A DNA stretch of 64,000 nt. It comes from Balanoglossus misakiensis (taxonomy: Eukaryota; Animalia; Hemichordata). Location of the stretch: assembly GCA_040954595.2 (NCBI GenBank), contig CM082586.2, positions 3,702,349-3,766,348 on the forward strand, in the 5' to 3' direction. Below the pieces are notes generated by a model. It did not search any database. It was not told the DNA's origin and saw only the letters and a program-made list of their open reading frames with translations. A program made the position numbers and the translations under genes. This document shows, one piece after another, positions 52,453 to 64,000 of this stretch (its first letter is position 1; the number at the start of each line of letters is the position of its first letter).

Positions 52453-53103
52453 CTGCAACAGGAAAAAAATTGTGGGTCAATTTTATATCTGTTTTTGAAT
52501 AACAGAATGCAAATACAGCATAATCCTTTTTTGAGCAGTAAGACTATAAGTGTATACAGAGGCAAGAGGGATGCTGCTACCCTAAATAGGTTTCAGCTAA
52601 CTAGACCAGTAATAATAAAAATCCCACATGGTTGACAGACGATGACACATTTCTGCCATGGTAGTTCAAGCTTTAATAAAAAAATAACCAACTCCCTAGT
52701 TCGACTGCACTTGCTTCTCTTGACACATATTCTTTTTTGGCTTGCGCTTGGGGCTCTAAGCTAAACTTCATAGTTTTCATCAATTTGTGACATACTTTCG
52801 GAACTACGCCTTCAGCAACCATGTCGTGACATTTCTTGGCCCCTTGTTTTTAATAGGGTCGCTGGACTCGTTAACAAGGAAATGGGGTAAAAGGGGTTAC
52901 ATTCGTCATCCCACTGAGCTCTAAAAATGACATTCATTTTCTGATACCCGGAAATGGCACAGATCTAGTTCAAAGCTATCAGTGACCTGACTTCAAAGGT
53001 TGGAAGTCTTTCCTACATGAAGTTGCAGTTCAGTAGTCAATAAAAGAAAGATGGGGTTTATTTTTCAACGAACAAGGCATTTATGAAAATATTGAAATCT
53101 TAC

Positions 53104-53243
53104 TGGAAAAACCATGTCTTCATTTTCTACATTCATCTTGACGAGGTTGAGTGTTGTTGACGTCAGACACAATCTGTAGGACCCTGTTACATTCTTGCTG
53201 CTTCCCAGACCGCGAGCCTTCAGCGTTACTTGCCACACATGCT
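53104..53243 (-). CDS. IRS: IRS PTB domain exon 1 (140 nt, phase 1-0)
   Basis: ctttattttttAG / TCCA|GTAAGA; EHVWQVTLKARGLGSSKNVTGSYRLCLTSTTLNLVKMN resembles IRS1 EVWQVILKPKGLGQTKNLIGIYRLCLTSKTISFVKLN. Confidence 0.97.
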
Positions 53244-54771
53244 CTAAAAAATAAAGAATATTTTGAAGATTCAATACAGGTTTACATTGTCCTGTACTGA
53301 CCTTTACAAGATGGTCTTGTTATGAACAAGAGTATGCAATCATTTTACGAAAAAAGAGTTGTGAGAAAATCAACAGAAGTTGACAAGAATAGTATAAAAT
53401 GTCTCTTGTTATTTTTCCCAAGAGGACACACACGTGCAAAGTTGCTGCTCAGAACGTCACATGAAAGAAGTCAATTTCCACTGGATGGAAAAAACGCAAG
53501 TGTTCGAAGCACTATCATACATCATGACTCTTGGGACATTCTCTGACAAACGCTCCACTCCTGACAAATTGAGAACATTAAAATTCTGAAGTGAGATCGT
53601 ACATCTTAACACATACACACGTAGGCCAGCAGATCTACAATACATGCATCACAATTTTTCAACAACAAAACAGCAGCTATTTCATATGAAGTCCAATTTA
53701 GCATTCTGTTGTGGCACTGAGGTTTGACTGTGCAATGCCAGAATACCAGAAATTTGGGAAGATAACCATGCTTTGAAACTAAAATTTGGCACTGACAATT
53801 ATCTGCATGGTCATTTGGTCTTTTTACAAGGTTTATGTTTAGGTGGGAAATTGTAGCCAAGTCATAATTAAGTCCCTGTTCTGACAGACACAGTCCTGTT
53901 TATAATATTTTAATTTTCATGTGATCACTGAATGAGCTAAAAAAAGACCAATTCTGTTCTACAATACACTGTGCAGCACTTAGTAGTGTGTTGCCATGGT
54001 TTCTACCTATCTACACTCGGTCAAACAAGATTACATAATCGCCACCTAACCGCAATCTGATTGGACCAGCTGAATGACCCCATAGCATACAATGTGGGAA
54101 GACCTCCTGGTCGTGACTGTCTGAGAATTAGTCATTAGCCACAATCAAATTGTTGCAAATATAAATGCAGATTTGCAAATGATACAATCTCACTGTTTTT
54201 TGAAAATTTCTAAAAGAAAATTTAATGTACAAAATAACCTTCAATGTATGATATGCGTATTATAATTTTACTATTTTCAAAGAGGCACGGATCAAGTCAA
54301 TTACAATGTTAGGGGGAAAAATTTTTAGTTCGCTGTCTAATAGTTCAACCAATGGTTGGCAAGAGAAGCTCTAGCTGGACATTCTTTATTGTAAACAAAT
54401 TATCAGGGAGATATCTGCCATGTGACCTTTCACCCAGAGAGTGATCGGTGTGAAGAGTGATTTGAACTCTTCCAATTGCATTGTCGCTCCAAAAATGAAT
54501 TGCAGGGGGGGGAAATTCTCACATCAACTCTCATTGGGTAAATACAGACAACATTTTAACTCTGTCATTGGCACAGGTTCCAAATTTCTGCTTTCATTCA
54601 TTCATCAAGTTCCGGGCAACATGAAAATAGTGACTACATGTACATCCTTAGCCAACTGAGCTGATATTTGCCATATATTGCATAAGCATAACCTGTCATC
54701 CACGGCGGAAAACTTTTTTCTCAACTGCTTTGGGATGACAAGTTACAACCTAATCTGGGTGTGTTTATATA

Positions 54772-54819
54772 TGTGTGTGTGTGTGTGTATGTGTGTATGT
54801 GTGTGTGTGTGTGTGTGTG
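54772..54819. repeat. (GT)n / (CA)n microsatellite directly after the alternative-exon donor
   Basis: Direct reading. Confidence 0.95.
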
Positions 54820-54826
54820 CATGTAC

Positions 54827-55154
54827 CTCTGCTAGGAACTCGAACAGGTGGTTCCGTCAGATGTCCATGACTGTACGCCGGATTGATGTAGTCACCGTCC
54901 TCCGGGATGACCATGGAGATGTCACACGACCACACACTCAACGGCCGGGGCTTGGCGCTCATCTGTCGCGCCCCGTACAGCTGCGGGCAGCTGGCGCGCC
55001 GGTTCGCCAGGTACTTATACCTCTCCATCGCCGGCGCTGAGGTGGGCATTTCGGGAATCGTCTCTAGCCGCTCCTGTGTTGCTGCTGGTGGCGTGTTTGA
55101 CCTTGATTTCCGTCGCAGCGCGGACAACTTCTTCCACAGACTCTGCGTACACAT
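54827..55154 (-). CDS. IRS: Candidate alternative first coding exon of IRS (109 codons, PH-less isoform)
   Basis: ATG at 55154 with an in-frame upstream TGA and no acceptor tract. GC-rich open frame. Donor AGAG|GTACAT in phase 1, matching the PTB exon acceptor at 53243. Contains RRAS and DGDYINP motifs. Confidence 0.72.
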
Positions 55155-57300
55155 AATGTTGACTCAGACGCACACCTCACGTACTGCAACTCCGCATCTT
55201 GAAACAGCTCCTCCCCAGGCTGCAATTTTCCGACTTCCAACCAACAGCGATTCCTCACCTAGGTGGGGTTTCCTTACACTCCCACCGTGGACATACAAAA
55301 AGTCAGGTGCATACTTGTTTTGCTAGCTAAGTGTCAGAACTGATTAGCCAGTTAATGATACAGAGACCACAGTTTGCCAGATGGGCCCAGTGATAAGGTT
55401 GTTTGGCCCAAAACCTGCCTGTTACACAATAACCAACACTGAAGCCTGACGTACACTATACACTGTCAATACAATAACCACTGTTCTCCAGTTCCTTCTA
55501 ATCAACAACTGATCTGCAAATCATTCCTTTGATGTTTATCATGTGTGCATACAACACCATCAAGAGGAATTCTTTCACCAAATATAGAAGTCCACTGGGT
55601 TTCTCTCATTGGCCCCAGAAATCCTGAATGAGCAGTGACTTTTCATATTCCCCAAAAGAGGGGGCGTGTCTCACTGGTCAGTCTCCTGAAGTGTGAATTA
55701 ATGTTTGCATTGATTTCGAGACTATTTTAATGAAACACTGAACAATTTTTAACCTCCAGGTCTCATCCTGTGTCATGGTGGTCGTGAATAATATAGCCAT
55801 ACCTAGCCAATCCAGGGTTTCCGCTCAACCAAGTGAGGGCGCTTTAACTGTACGTAGCTTACTAAAATGGCGTGAACGTGAATATATGCCTTTTGGTCAC
55901 AATTACATATAAAGCAATTCATGCGACTGGCGGCACAGGTGGAAATTGTTTAAAGCAGTCGAGACAAAACCTAGAATCAGAATTCCTGATGACCCCTGTA
56001 TATACATGTATGACCAAATGTGTCATACATCACACATCAGTTCCTGGAAAACAACTGAAACAAACACTTCTAAGAATTTGATTCACATAACCGAAAGGCA
56101 TTCAATTATGTGGCTGTTCAAATATGTCACATGCTTTTCTGTAAGCAGTTTTTTTTTTGTTCCTCATACACCACAAATCATTATCTGCTGGACAGGAATT
56201 CAATAGAAATGTAAAAGGGGTTAAGATTGTCAGTGTTCACAATTTCTCTGTGTTCCTAATTATTTTGACAGCATGCATCCATATGGAAACTGAAAATGTC
56301 AGTGTCAAAGGGAAATGGAGTCCTAACACATTCAGTCAATTTTAGGAAAATTCTTCATTTTACAAATGTTTATGACAATGTATAATATTTTTGTTCAGTG
56401 ACCATATTTAAGAGACCCAAATATTTGCAATGGGTCAAATTTATCAAATCTTCAACATATGTGCAGTTAAAATTAAAGTGCCAGTCATAGAAGATATCCT
56501 ATATTTATGACACTATAAAAATATGATAGTGACAGTATCAAATTTGAGCGGAAATGAGTCACAGTTGGAACATAAATAGCATCAAGACAAAACACACAAT
56601 AAAACAACCCAAAATAATCACAAAGTGTGATGCAACCAGATGTATTTTTGGCAACTCGGAGAAACACGTGTACACCCCAACCCTGAGAAGACCACCACAC
56701 TGCACATATATGATTTATTACGAGTGATTCACGAAATGTGTTACAAAATCATATTTGTTGATGTAATCTCGCAACTCTTCAAGTGAACAACCTTGAAAAC
56801 AAAACAGTCAACAAGTTTTCCCGATGAGTCAAGTTTTCTGCAGTGTCACAGGCGAAGGTGGGCTGGTCCTGGGCAACTCCCATCCATCGCCTCTCGCTAA
56901 ATTTTGATTACTTTGACGGTGTATGTCTAGAAATCAGAGAAAGAGGGCATGCAACACTCGCTGTAGTTTGAAACAGCGCCACCTGCGAAAGTTATAGATG
57001 GAATCAAATGCCCTTTAAGTCAGCATGAGCACAGATATAACAGGCTACATGAAACACACAAAAAATAGTCCAACCAATATCAACAGATGGCATCTATTAC
57101 ATCCCAAGGATTTATCCCGAACAAGCCAATCACAAAAGGAAGCAGACACGGTGGCTCGGAGCATAGAACTCCATGTGAAATCTTCTCTATCAGTTCAACA
57201 TTGTGTCCGAGCTCTTACACAAAAAAAGAGGATTAAAAACATCCTGCTGGGTTCTTTTATTCAAGTAAGCGGCAAGGATTTTCAGTTGAGATCCCTTTAT

Positions 57301-57393
57301 TACCCCTTTCACCCCCCAGTTCTCTCTATAGAGGTCCAGGTTTACCGTAGAAAACAATGGATTTGGACTGAACCATGTTGGGGAAAGGGTTAA
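57301..57393. mobile_element. piggyBac-like MITE copy
   Basis: ccctttcaccccc...ggggaaagggttaa inverted termini ending in TTAA. Confidence 0.65.
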
Positions 57394-59252
57394 ATACAAC
57401 CAGGGCAGCTCAGTTTAATCATCCATTTTCAGGAGCTTATTCAAAGAAGAGAATCTTACACTGATCTACATGCACATGTGCGTCACTGCGTCTGTCAATG
57501 TGATCGGGCCTGCAGGCCGCAGCGTGTTATATGATGTGTACATACACAGGGGATCGCCGTCCCCATAATATCAAACTTTGCATCGATGATATCCATGCAA
57601 AGAGTTAATGGGATTGTCGACACTTTTACTTTTATTCTGAACAGCCTGATTCGTATGATTACACACAAAATGATGGTAACAGGTTGAAAATATACGTGTA
57701 CATGTACGTGTGGGTGTGTATGTATTTCATACCATGAAAATGGATTTAATCTTTCAGTCGCTCTTGTTCCATTTGTACACGGTTCAGCATATCAGAGTTT
57801 TGCATTCAGCCAGCTCTTTCTCAGGAGAAAGGACACGATTTAGAATGATGTCTGGAAAAGTAGTGCCTGTCTAAAACTTAATCTTAATAATGCATTAATC
57901 TGTGGTGGTACAAGGCAAAGTACTGCCTTCAAACTTTCCTATCAGACGAAAGCTTTCACTAGTACTAAAGGTGGAAAATAGCATTTCTCTTGTTATACAT
58001 TTAGGAGCTTGGGCAATTGTGTTATTTGTATCAGCTCTGTCAGCAAGAATCTTGTGCCTCGACATTCACACAAACATTAACTATCAAGTACGCTACATAT
58101 TCCACTATATTACAAAATTTATCATCATTGGTCAGGATGAAATGGTATTTTTGGAGTTGATAAGCAAATATTTCTCTCAAGCTGGCTGAAAATAAAGACT
58201 TATAAATGCCACGTATGACACATACAAGCTTTTGTCATCTGTTTCCAAGGTAACTGTATTGTAATCCAAAATGGCCGCTTTTGTCAGTGAAAAACATGGC
58301 CGACATCATCAAAACAACGTACATGTATCCCAGTAACCAGGAATTTGTATAATGCAACACGGAATTACTACATTTTTTTTGAAAACATGTTTTGGACTTA
58401 ATGGAGTAGACTGAAATCAAGTGTAGAAACCCTGAAAAAGTCATTAAATATTACAAAATGTATATATTGGAGAAGGGCTCTACCAGGAGTCTTCACAAAC
58501 TTCAATTACAGCAAGACAGAAGAAGCAACGTCAATTTATGGGGGAAAAATTCTAGAAAAAGAAGCAGCAGATGGATTCTTTGCATGTGCAAAAATTGATA
58601 TCTCAGTATACAAAAAGCGATAATGATTTCTCTTCACTGTTGTACGCAACCAAATAGGACTCTTGTCATTCTCGAGACCTAAGGGGAAAAAATCTGTTGT
58701 TCCTGAAGGATTATAGATTCCAAGCCTACAAGCAGCCAAACACGCTGCCGTCTATTGGCCACCATCCAACTAATATAGGCTCGATATTTCCAAACAATAA
58801 TATTCATTGTGGGAGTTTTAATACCCAGCTGAGAAAAAGACGAAAACAAGATTTCTACACTGCTTTGCAGAGTTACAATATAATTCTTGGCAACATGCCA
58901 ACCTGAGCTGGAAATTCAGGATGGCTTTTTGAGGCCCTGTAACCATCATGGTGTAATTACTTTCTGGCGGAGATGCCTGTGACTCAATGCTTTTCTTTTT
59001 ATCATACATGGTCACAGGCCACGCTGTTGTTTGCATTTCATTAATGCTTGTGGGTTTTTCCATCTCAAATGAAGTGCTAACAACAATAACACGAAAGTAG
59101 GTCGTGTGCATGCATGTCAATATTCCTGTCTATCTCTCCTGCCTTGACCCCTTTTTATCAATAACCTTGAAACTGACACAATTTTATTCTTTTTTTATTC
59201 CAAATCACCCTGGTTGTTCTAATTTTTAACACACGTTTGTGCGCACATGTGG

Positions 59253-59418
59253 TCTCTCTCTCACTCTCTCTCTCTCTCTCTCTGTCTCACTCTCTCTCTC
59301 GCTCTCTTTCTCTCTCTCTCTTCTTTCCCTCTCTCTCTCTCTCTCGCTTTCTCTCTCTCTCTCTTTCCCTCTCTCTCTCTCTCTCTCTCACTCACACACA
59401 CACTCACACACACACACA
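59253..59418. repeat. (CT)n + (CA)n compound microsatellite
   Basis: Direct reading. It accounts for the low-complexity ORFs at 59237-59741. Confidence 0.95.
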
Positions 59419-59482
59419 GTAATTTCCCCATTACCACCCCCACCCCCCAATCCAACCCAACTGCACCTACAGAAGCACCTAC

Positions 59483-59792
59483 CGAATGCTGGTTGGAGCG
59501 GCAACCCTTCCTTGGATCCAGACTGTTGCAACTTCAACATGGCCATCAACCAATCCTCTTGCTCCTCAGCTGTCTCCGCGGAAACGGAGAAGCACTCGTC
59601 TCGGGTGTACAGAGCCACTACATTTTTTTGTTTAGAGTCGGCCTTTTTGTTGATGTTGAAACAAGTACTGATAACAATGCACCTCTTGGGGGCACAATTA
59701 GTGCGAAATTTCTTCTCGTTGTCATAGTACTCCAATCTTGACGGGCCAGACTTGGTTTGGGACCGGAGAACGAAATATTTCTTTTTCATTGT
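59483..59792 (-). CDS. IRS: IRS PH domain exon (310 nt, phase 0-1); upstream first coding exon not found in the window
   Basis: ctctctttctgttgcAG / TTCG|GTAGGT; TMKKKYFVLRSQTKSGPSRLEYYDNEKKFR...CFNINKKADSKQKNVVALYTRDECFSVSAETAEEQEDW resembles the IRS1 PH domain (RLEYYENEKK...CFNINKRADSKNKHLVALYTRDE). The 11 exons sum to 2607 nt in one frame. Confidence 0.97.
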
Positions 59793-62700
59793 CTGCAACA
59801 GAAAGAGAGTTTTAACAGTCAGTGAAAAATCTGAGATTACAGACGGCTTAAGGGTAACATTGCAGTGGCCAAAAAATAAACATTTCTAGCAAAATTACCA
59901 AGTACTGTTCAATTGGAATCTTTGTGACCAAAATATGGGAGTCAACTTCCACAGTGCATTTTTTTCTATGACATGCTCCTCAATTCTTTTTCTTAACAAC
60001 CGATAATAAAAAAAATATCACATGTTACGTAAAGGAGTAATAAAACAACTGTTGGATCTTTTGATTTCCATGACAACAAAAGAAATCCTGCGTTTTATGC
60101 CAATGCCAGAAGCTATACTCTTTGTGTTAGCTTTAGCTTTGGGAACAAGACAAAAGATTCTTCCGAGCTCAGACTCTACAGCCAATTAAGCCAAATCATA
60201 GCGTACACAAAAAATTTCAAAACACATCCTGATCTTAAGTAACAAAGTGCCAAAAACCTTCGCTAGAGAGCTGCATTCATTTCCTGAACTTCGCCTTGCA
60301 TGTTTTCCAGGGGCGAAAAAAACACCAACGCACAATTTCAGAAGGGCTGTCTATTCACAGGTTTCATAAACTGTTAGGCGTAAAGTGCGACCCTTGACTT
60401 TTATGTCGTCGCTGCTTCATCACAAGTCATCAAAACAAAACAAACGCGACATCACCTCTCGTAGACAGTCCTCTCTACTTTCAAGGAAGCAATTTCCTCA
60501 ACATTGATATTGCACTAATGAACTTTATTATCACTACACGGGCAAAAACCCACACATCACCGATCTCTTCCCCCCCCCTGACCTGCTTTGAATTATTTTC
60601 TCTGAGATAAACTTTCAAAATAATCACAGAATTCGACAGTCCTCTACATCATTAAGGACAAAGAAGCAACTGATGGAAAACAAAAATAATACAATTTTCA
60701 AATTGTTCAAAAGAATTTCAGTAAACAGGAACTATCTTGGTTATTTGTAACAATATTCAAAAGAACAAACAACTACAGACAGGTCAAGTTACTTCATGGT
60801 GATTTCATTAATTTTTTGTTGAAAACTTTTTAGACTTATCTTTCCAGCCAAGTTCAACAATGATCATCAGGCAATAACTTTTCATGACTTCTCTCACTGG
60901 CAGAAACTGGTTACAATGCTGATTGGTTGGAAGTTTTCAGAAGTCATTTGCATAACAGTACACATCCCCGAAATGTTGCACATCATTTGCATAACGTAGA
61001 CGGTATATCTGTACACATGCATCATATTGGAAACCAGAGATGAAAGTTGAGGGGTTGGGGAAAAAAAAGAGAAAAAGAGCAGAAGAGAAATGTGGTGATA
61101 ACATTCCCATCTCAATAAAAATTCCAGGGTCTTTACATCATCTCTGGCAGGTTTATTGATACCTGCATGAAAACATACGACTGTCTCCTGTCCTCAAGGC
61201 CGAATAAGCGACCGTTCCCATGAATAACAATCAAGTGAACCTGTAAATGACTCAATCAACGCCTGCGTCTCCCCAATTACTCACAGAATTCAACATTACC
61301 CAGGAATATGAATCAACAACTCCCAGCAGCTGACAGGTCACAGCCAACATACTGACTGTTGCTTTATTTTTCTTAACCTTCCACATTACGAACGAGAAAA
61401 TCTTGCTGGAACTATACTTTGTAAATTCACATGAAACGAGACCTGCATGATCAAACCCTGTCAAAGATATTAGCGATCCTTGGAAACATCTTGGCACATC
61501 AATGCTTTCACCTACAGAAATCTATCTTTCTCATCTTTTGCAGGGGAGAGGATGATTTATTCAGAATTTCCGCATTCGTTGATCAAATCATCAATTTTTC
61601 AAAAAAAGAACCTGCAACTCTTTTTACGACACAGCGGTCTGCACCCAATGAGTAACATGATAAGTATAAGTCATTAATATTCCAATATCTGCGGGTGTAA
61701 AATTGATCAATACGACACATGCAGAAAATTTCCTTGAGTGAGACCTCTGGTGCGTTTGTTATCTGAGCTGACTGCAGTCTTTTGAAGATTTCTTCAGGAA
61801 GGACATTTACAGCAACTTAGACGTTGCATTTTAACATAATATTAGATAATGATCAATTATGCTAAATTATGGACCATTACCTCCTACAGACTGAGAAAAA
61901 CAAGTTCCCTTAGTTGAGTAATACTTATCTGTCACCCTAGCTTTATCATGTTTATCAGCAATGTAATGTAGATAGAGCAAGAAGCCACACAAAACCCTGC
62001 CGATCTTACTTCGACATTTCATAGTCTTACGAAAATCGGTCGCGCGTCATTTTCTTCCACAGTTTGCAGGCTTCCAGGTACCCCAAAAAGCCAGCTCCAT
62101 TACTGCATAGAGTAGTTTATGTTCCCTTTTCAGGTCGATTAATTAATTCCACTGAGAAATGCAACGAAGTTGCTGCCGATTTTGTCGCCGCAGTCCAACA
62201 TCAAACAGGGTTTCTCATCATCTGACATTTTGAAAGTTGTCTGCAAAATTCACGAACCGAGATTTCAAGTTTGCAGCATTGGATCATTACAAACTTCAAA
62301 AGTCAATAAACCGGACAAGAAACCCTGTGCGACAAAAAATGTTTCATCAGCAACCAAATGAAAAACGTTTCTGCGAGGAAAACAATTTCTCTCTTATAGG
62401 TGCAAGCACATGGTGTTACAATCAATGTCTTTGGATGGACACTCAAAATAAACATCTTCAAAATCAATAACTGTTCCTCTATCAATATTTTCAAGTATTC
62501 CGCCTGTGTACACTTTCTCGGCCATCACCTGGCAACGAGAACACTTCTGCCATATTGAAGTTACCCCGTTATTGAAACTAATCATTAAAATGTGTGGTTG
62601 ATTTTTTTTCTAGCAAGTATAGATTGTTGAGGCCCAATCCATCTCATTTGTGAATTTTCTTTTGTTTACTGTCTGTGATTTTTCTGTGTCTTTTGTCTTG

Positions 62701-64000
62701 TCTTGTACCGTTAGACCTTCACAAACATAAATTACAGGACTTAGTACCTAATACCAGTAGTTTTTATAACACAAACAGATTTTTGTATCCTCTGGTTTTA
62801 ATCGCCAAAATGTTCTAGACAGTGTCCATGCTTTTATTCAGTGCACGTTTCATCTTCTCCCAGTCTCCGTTATTCTCATTTGTAACTATTGGTTTACTGC
62901 TCAGTGAAGGACAAATCAGTAAAAAAAACCATTGTCACTCCTGATGACCTTGAGACGTGACCATGGCAGGAGTTAATTAAAGGGGGGTACCCTCCGACAG
63001 GCGTATAAGCTGTATAGACCTTTTAATCAGTCCAGTGAGAACCCATTCAGAAAATCCCTCGGCATCTGTTGGGACATGTCTGTTCGTGTCATCCACTACT
63101 CAAGGTTCCAAAATCGTGCCGATTTTATCCTCCCGTGAGCCCCCTCAAGGCCGCTCCTTCCCAGAATGCAACAGTTGCAGGGGGGCATCTGATGGGAAAG
63201 CTGCACTCGGCACAAGCAGAAAATTGTGCAACATGATTAACCTTCCAAGCTGCATCGTTTGATCAGTAACTTCACCTTTTTTAATCCACTCAGATAATTC
63301 TTGTTTGTACTACTAAGTAAAACAAAGTATATGATAAAACAATTTCGGGGTTTCAAGAATAATGACCGGTCAACACCATGGACTAGATCTATAAATGCAG
63401 AAGTAGGGACAAAGCAGACATCTAAAATGATTTGTTATGTCTGTGAACATCTACTTCCACAATTCTGTTTTTAGGTTTTGATCGGAATTTCCAACACACA
63501 AACTCAATCAAGCAATGAATGAGACGCAGTCATCGCGACCAACAGGAAGTCACGTTGACTGATGCCAAACATGCCCATTTACAAACATGGAATAGTAAAA
63601 ACGCTCTTGTAAAAAGCATTAGTTTTTTTTTTTAGTAATGGACTGTAGAATGAAGGGTCCATTTGTACGTCTGTGTACATGCAGTGACAGGAATGCTCAA
63701 TGTACTATCACACTGTTATTAGCAATATCAGATTGTCGCTTAATTTGTATGTAAGCAACACCTCAAAATACAGCTATTGGATGACAATTTTTAATCAAGT
63801 TATTTTATTCAAAAATATTTTCCAAGTGCTTTTCAAAATTCACTACTTCTCTTTTGCTTTGGTTCCACAACACGATTGTCTCATGCAATATTCGGCAAAA
63901 ACAAACTACTTATTCTAGGTGTAGTGTCCACCTGGGGATCAGACCAGAGACGGAAGTGACTGAATAGCCTCGTCTTTGTTAAGTAGTTTCTCGCGTGCTT

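Noticed and set aside
54678-55326. + strand ORFs of 120 and 139 aa
   Set aside because: Antisense shadows of the alternative first exon plus the GT microsatellite.
58818-59120. Intronic ORF with ASPPESNYTMM (YxxM; resembles the IRS1 N-terminus MASPPES)
   Set aside because: Its plausible splice sites are phase 2-2, incompatible with the phase-1 PH-PTB intron. The phase-1 reading hits a stop and the donor is weak. Treated as chance unless RNA-seq shows use.
59237-59741. SL/TH-repeat ORFs of 61-164 aa
   Set aside because: Translation of the (CT)n/(CA)n microsatellite and the antisense strand of the PH exon.
59793-64000. Search for the IRS first coding exon (expected ...GYLxK, phase 0)
   Set aside because: No convincing match seen; it probably lies beyond the window end.
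1-64000. Prokaryotic systems (CRISPR arrays, operons), rRNA/tRNA genes and autonomous transposase or RT ORFs
   Set aside because: The sequence is spliced eukaryotic DNA. I saw no repeat-spacer array, structural RNA gene or long transposon ORF.

Overview
Eukaryotic, intron-rich animal genomic DNA. An invertebrate, probably a deuterostome, is my inference from gene content and repeats. Two minus-strand genes can be reconstructed by hand from GT-AG junctions with consistent phases. (1) A complete CRH/DH44-type neuropeptide precursor gene (~4.7-7.7 kb): TATA/Inr promoter, non-coding first exon, signal-peptide exon, and an exon encoding a KR-flanked 53-aa peptide followed by an amidation signal. 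(2) An insulin receptor substrate (IRS) gene (39.2-59.8 kb): 11 coding exons, 868 aa visible; the first coding exon was not found and probably lies beyond the window end. The IRS locus carries the most interesting structure. An apparent alternative first exon between the PH and PTB exons would give a PH-less isoform with a Cys/basic N-terminus. The intron at 48.1-51.3 kb holds a duplicated RPRTxSEG phosphosite exon preceded by a 482-nt AG-free zone, further candidate cassette/poison exons and clustered UGCAUG motifs. The 8-35 kb interval is mostly non-coding, with CRE-rich promoter-like sites, orphan splice signals, a possible decayed neuropeptide exon and TTAA-type MITEs. All calls come from manual reading; no database search was run.
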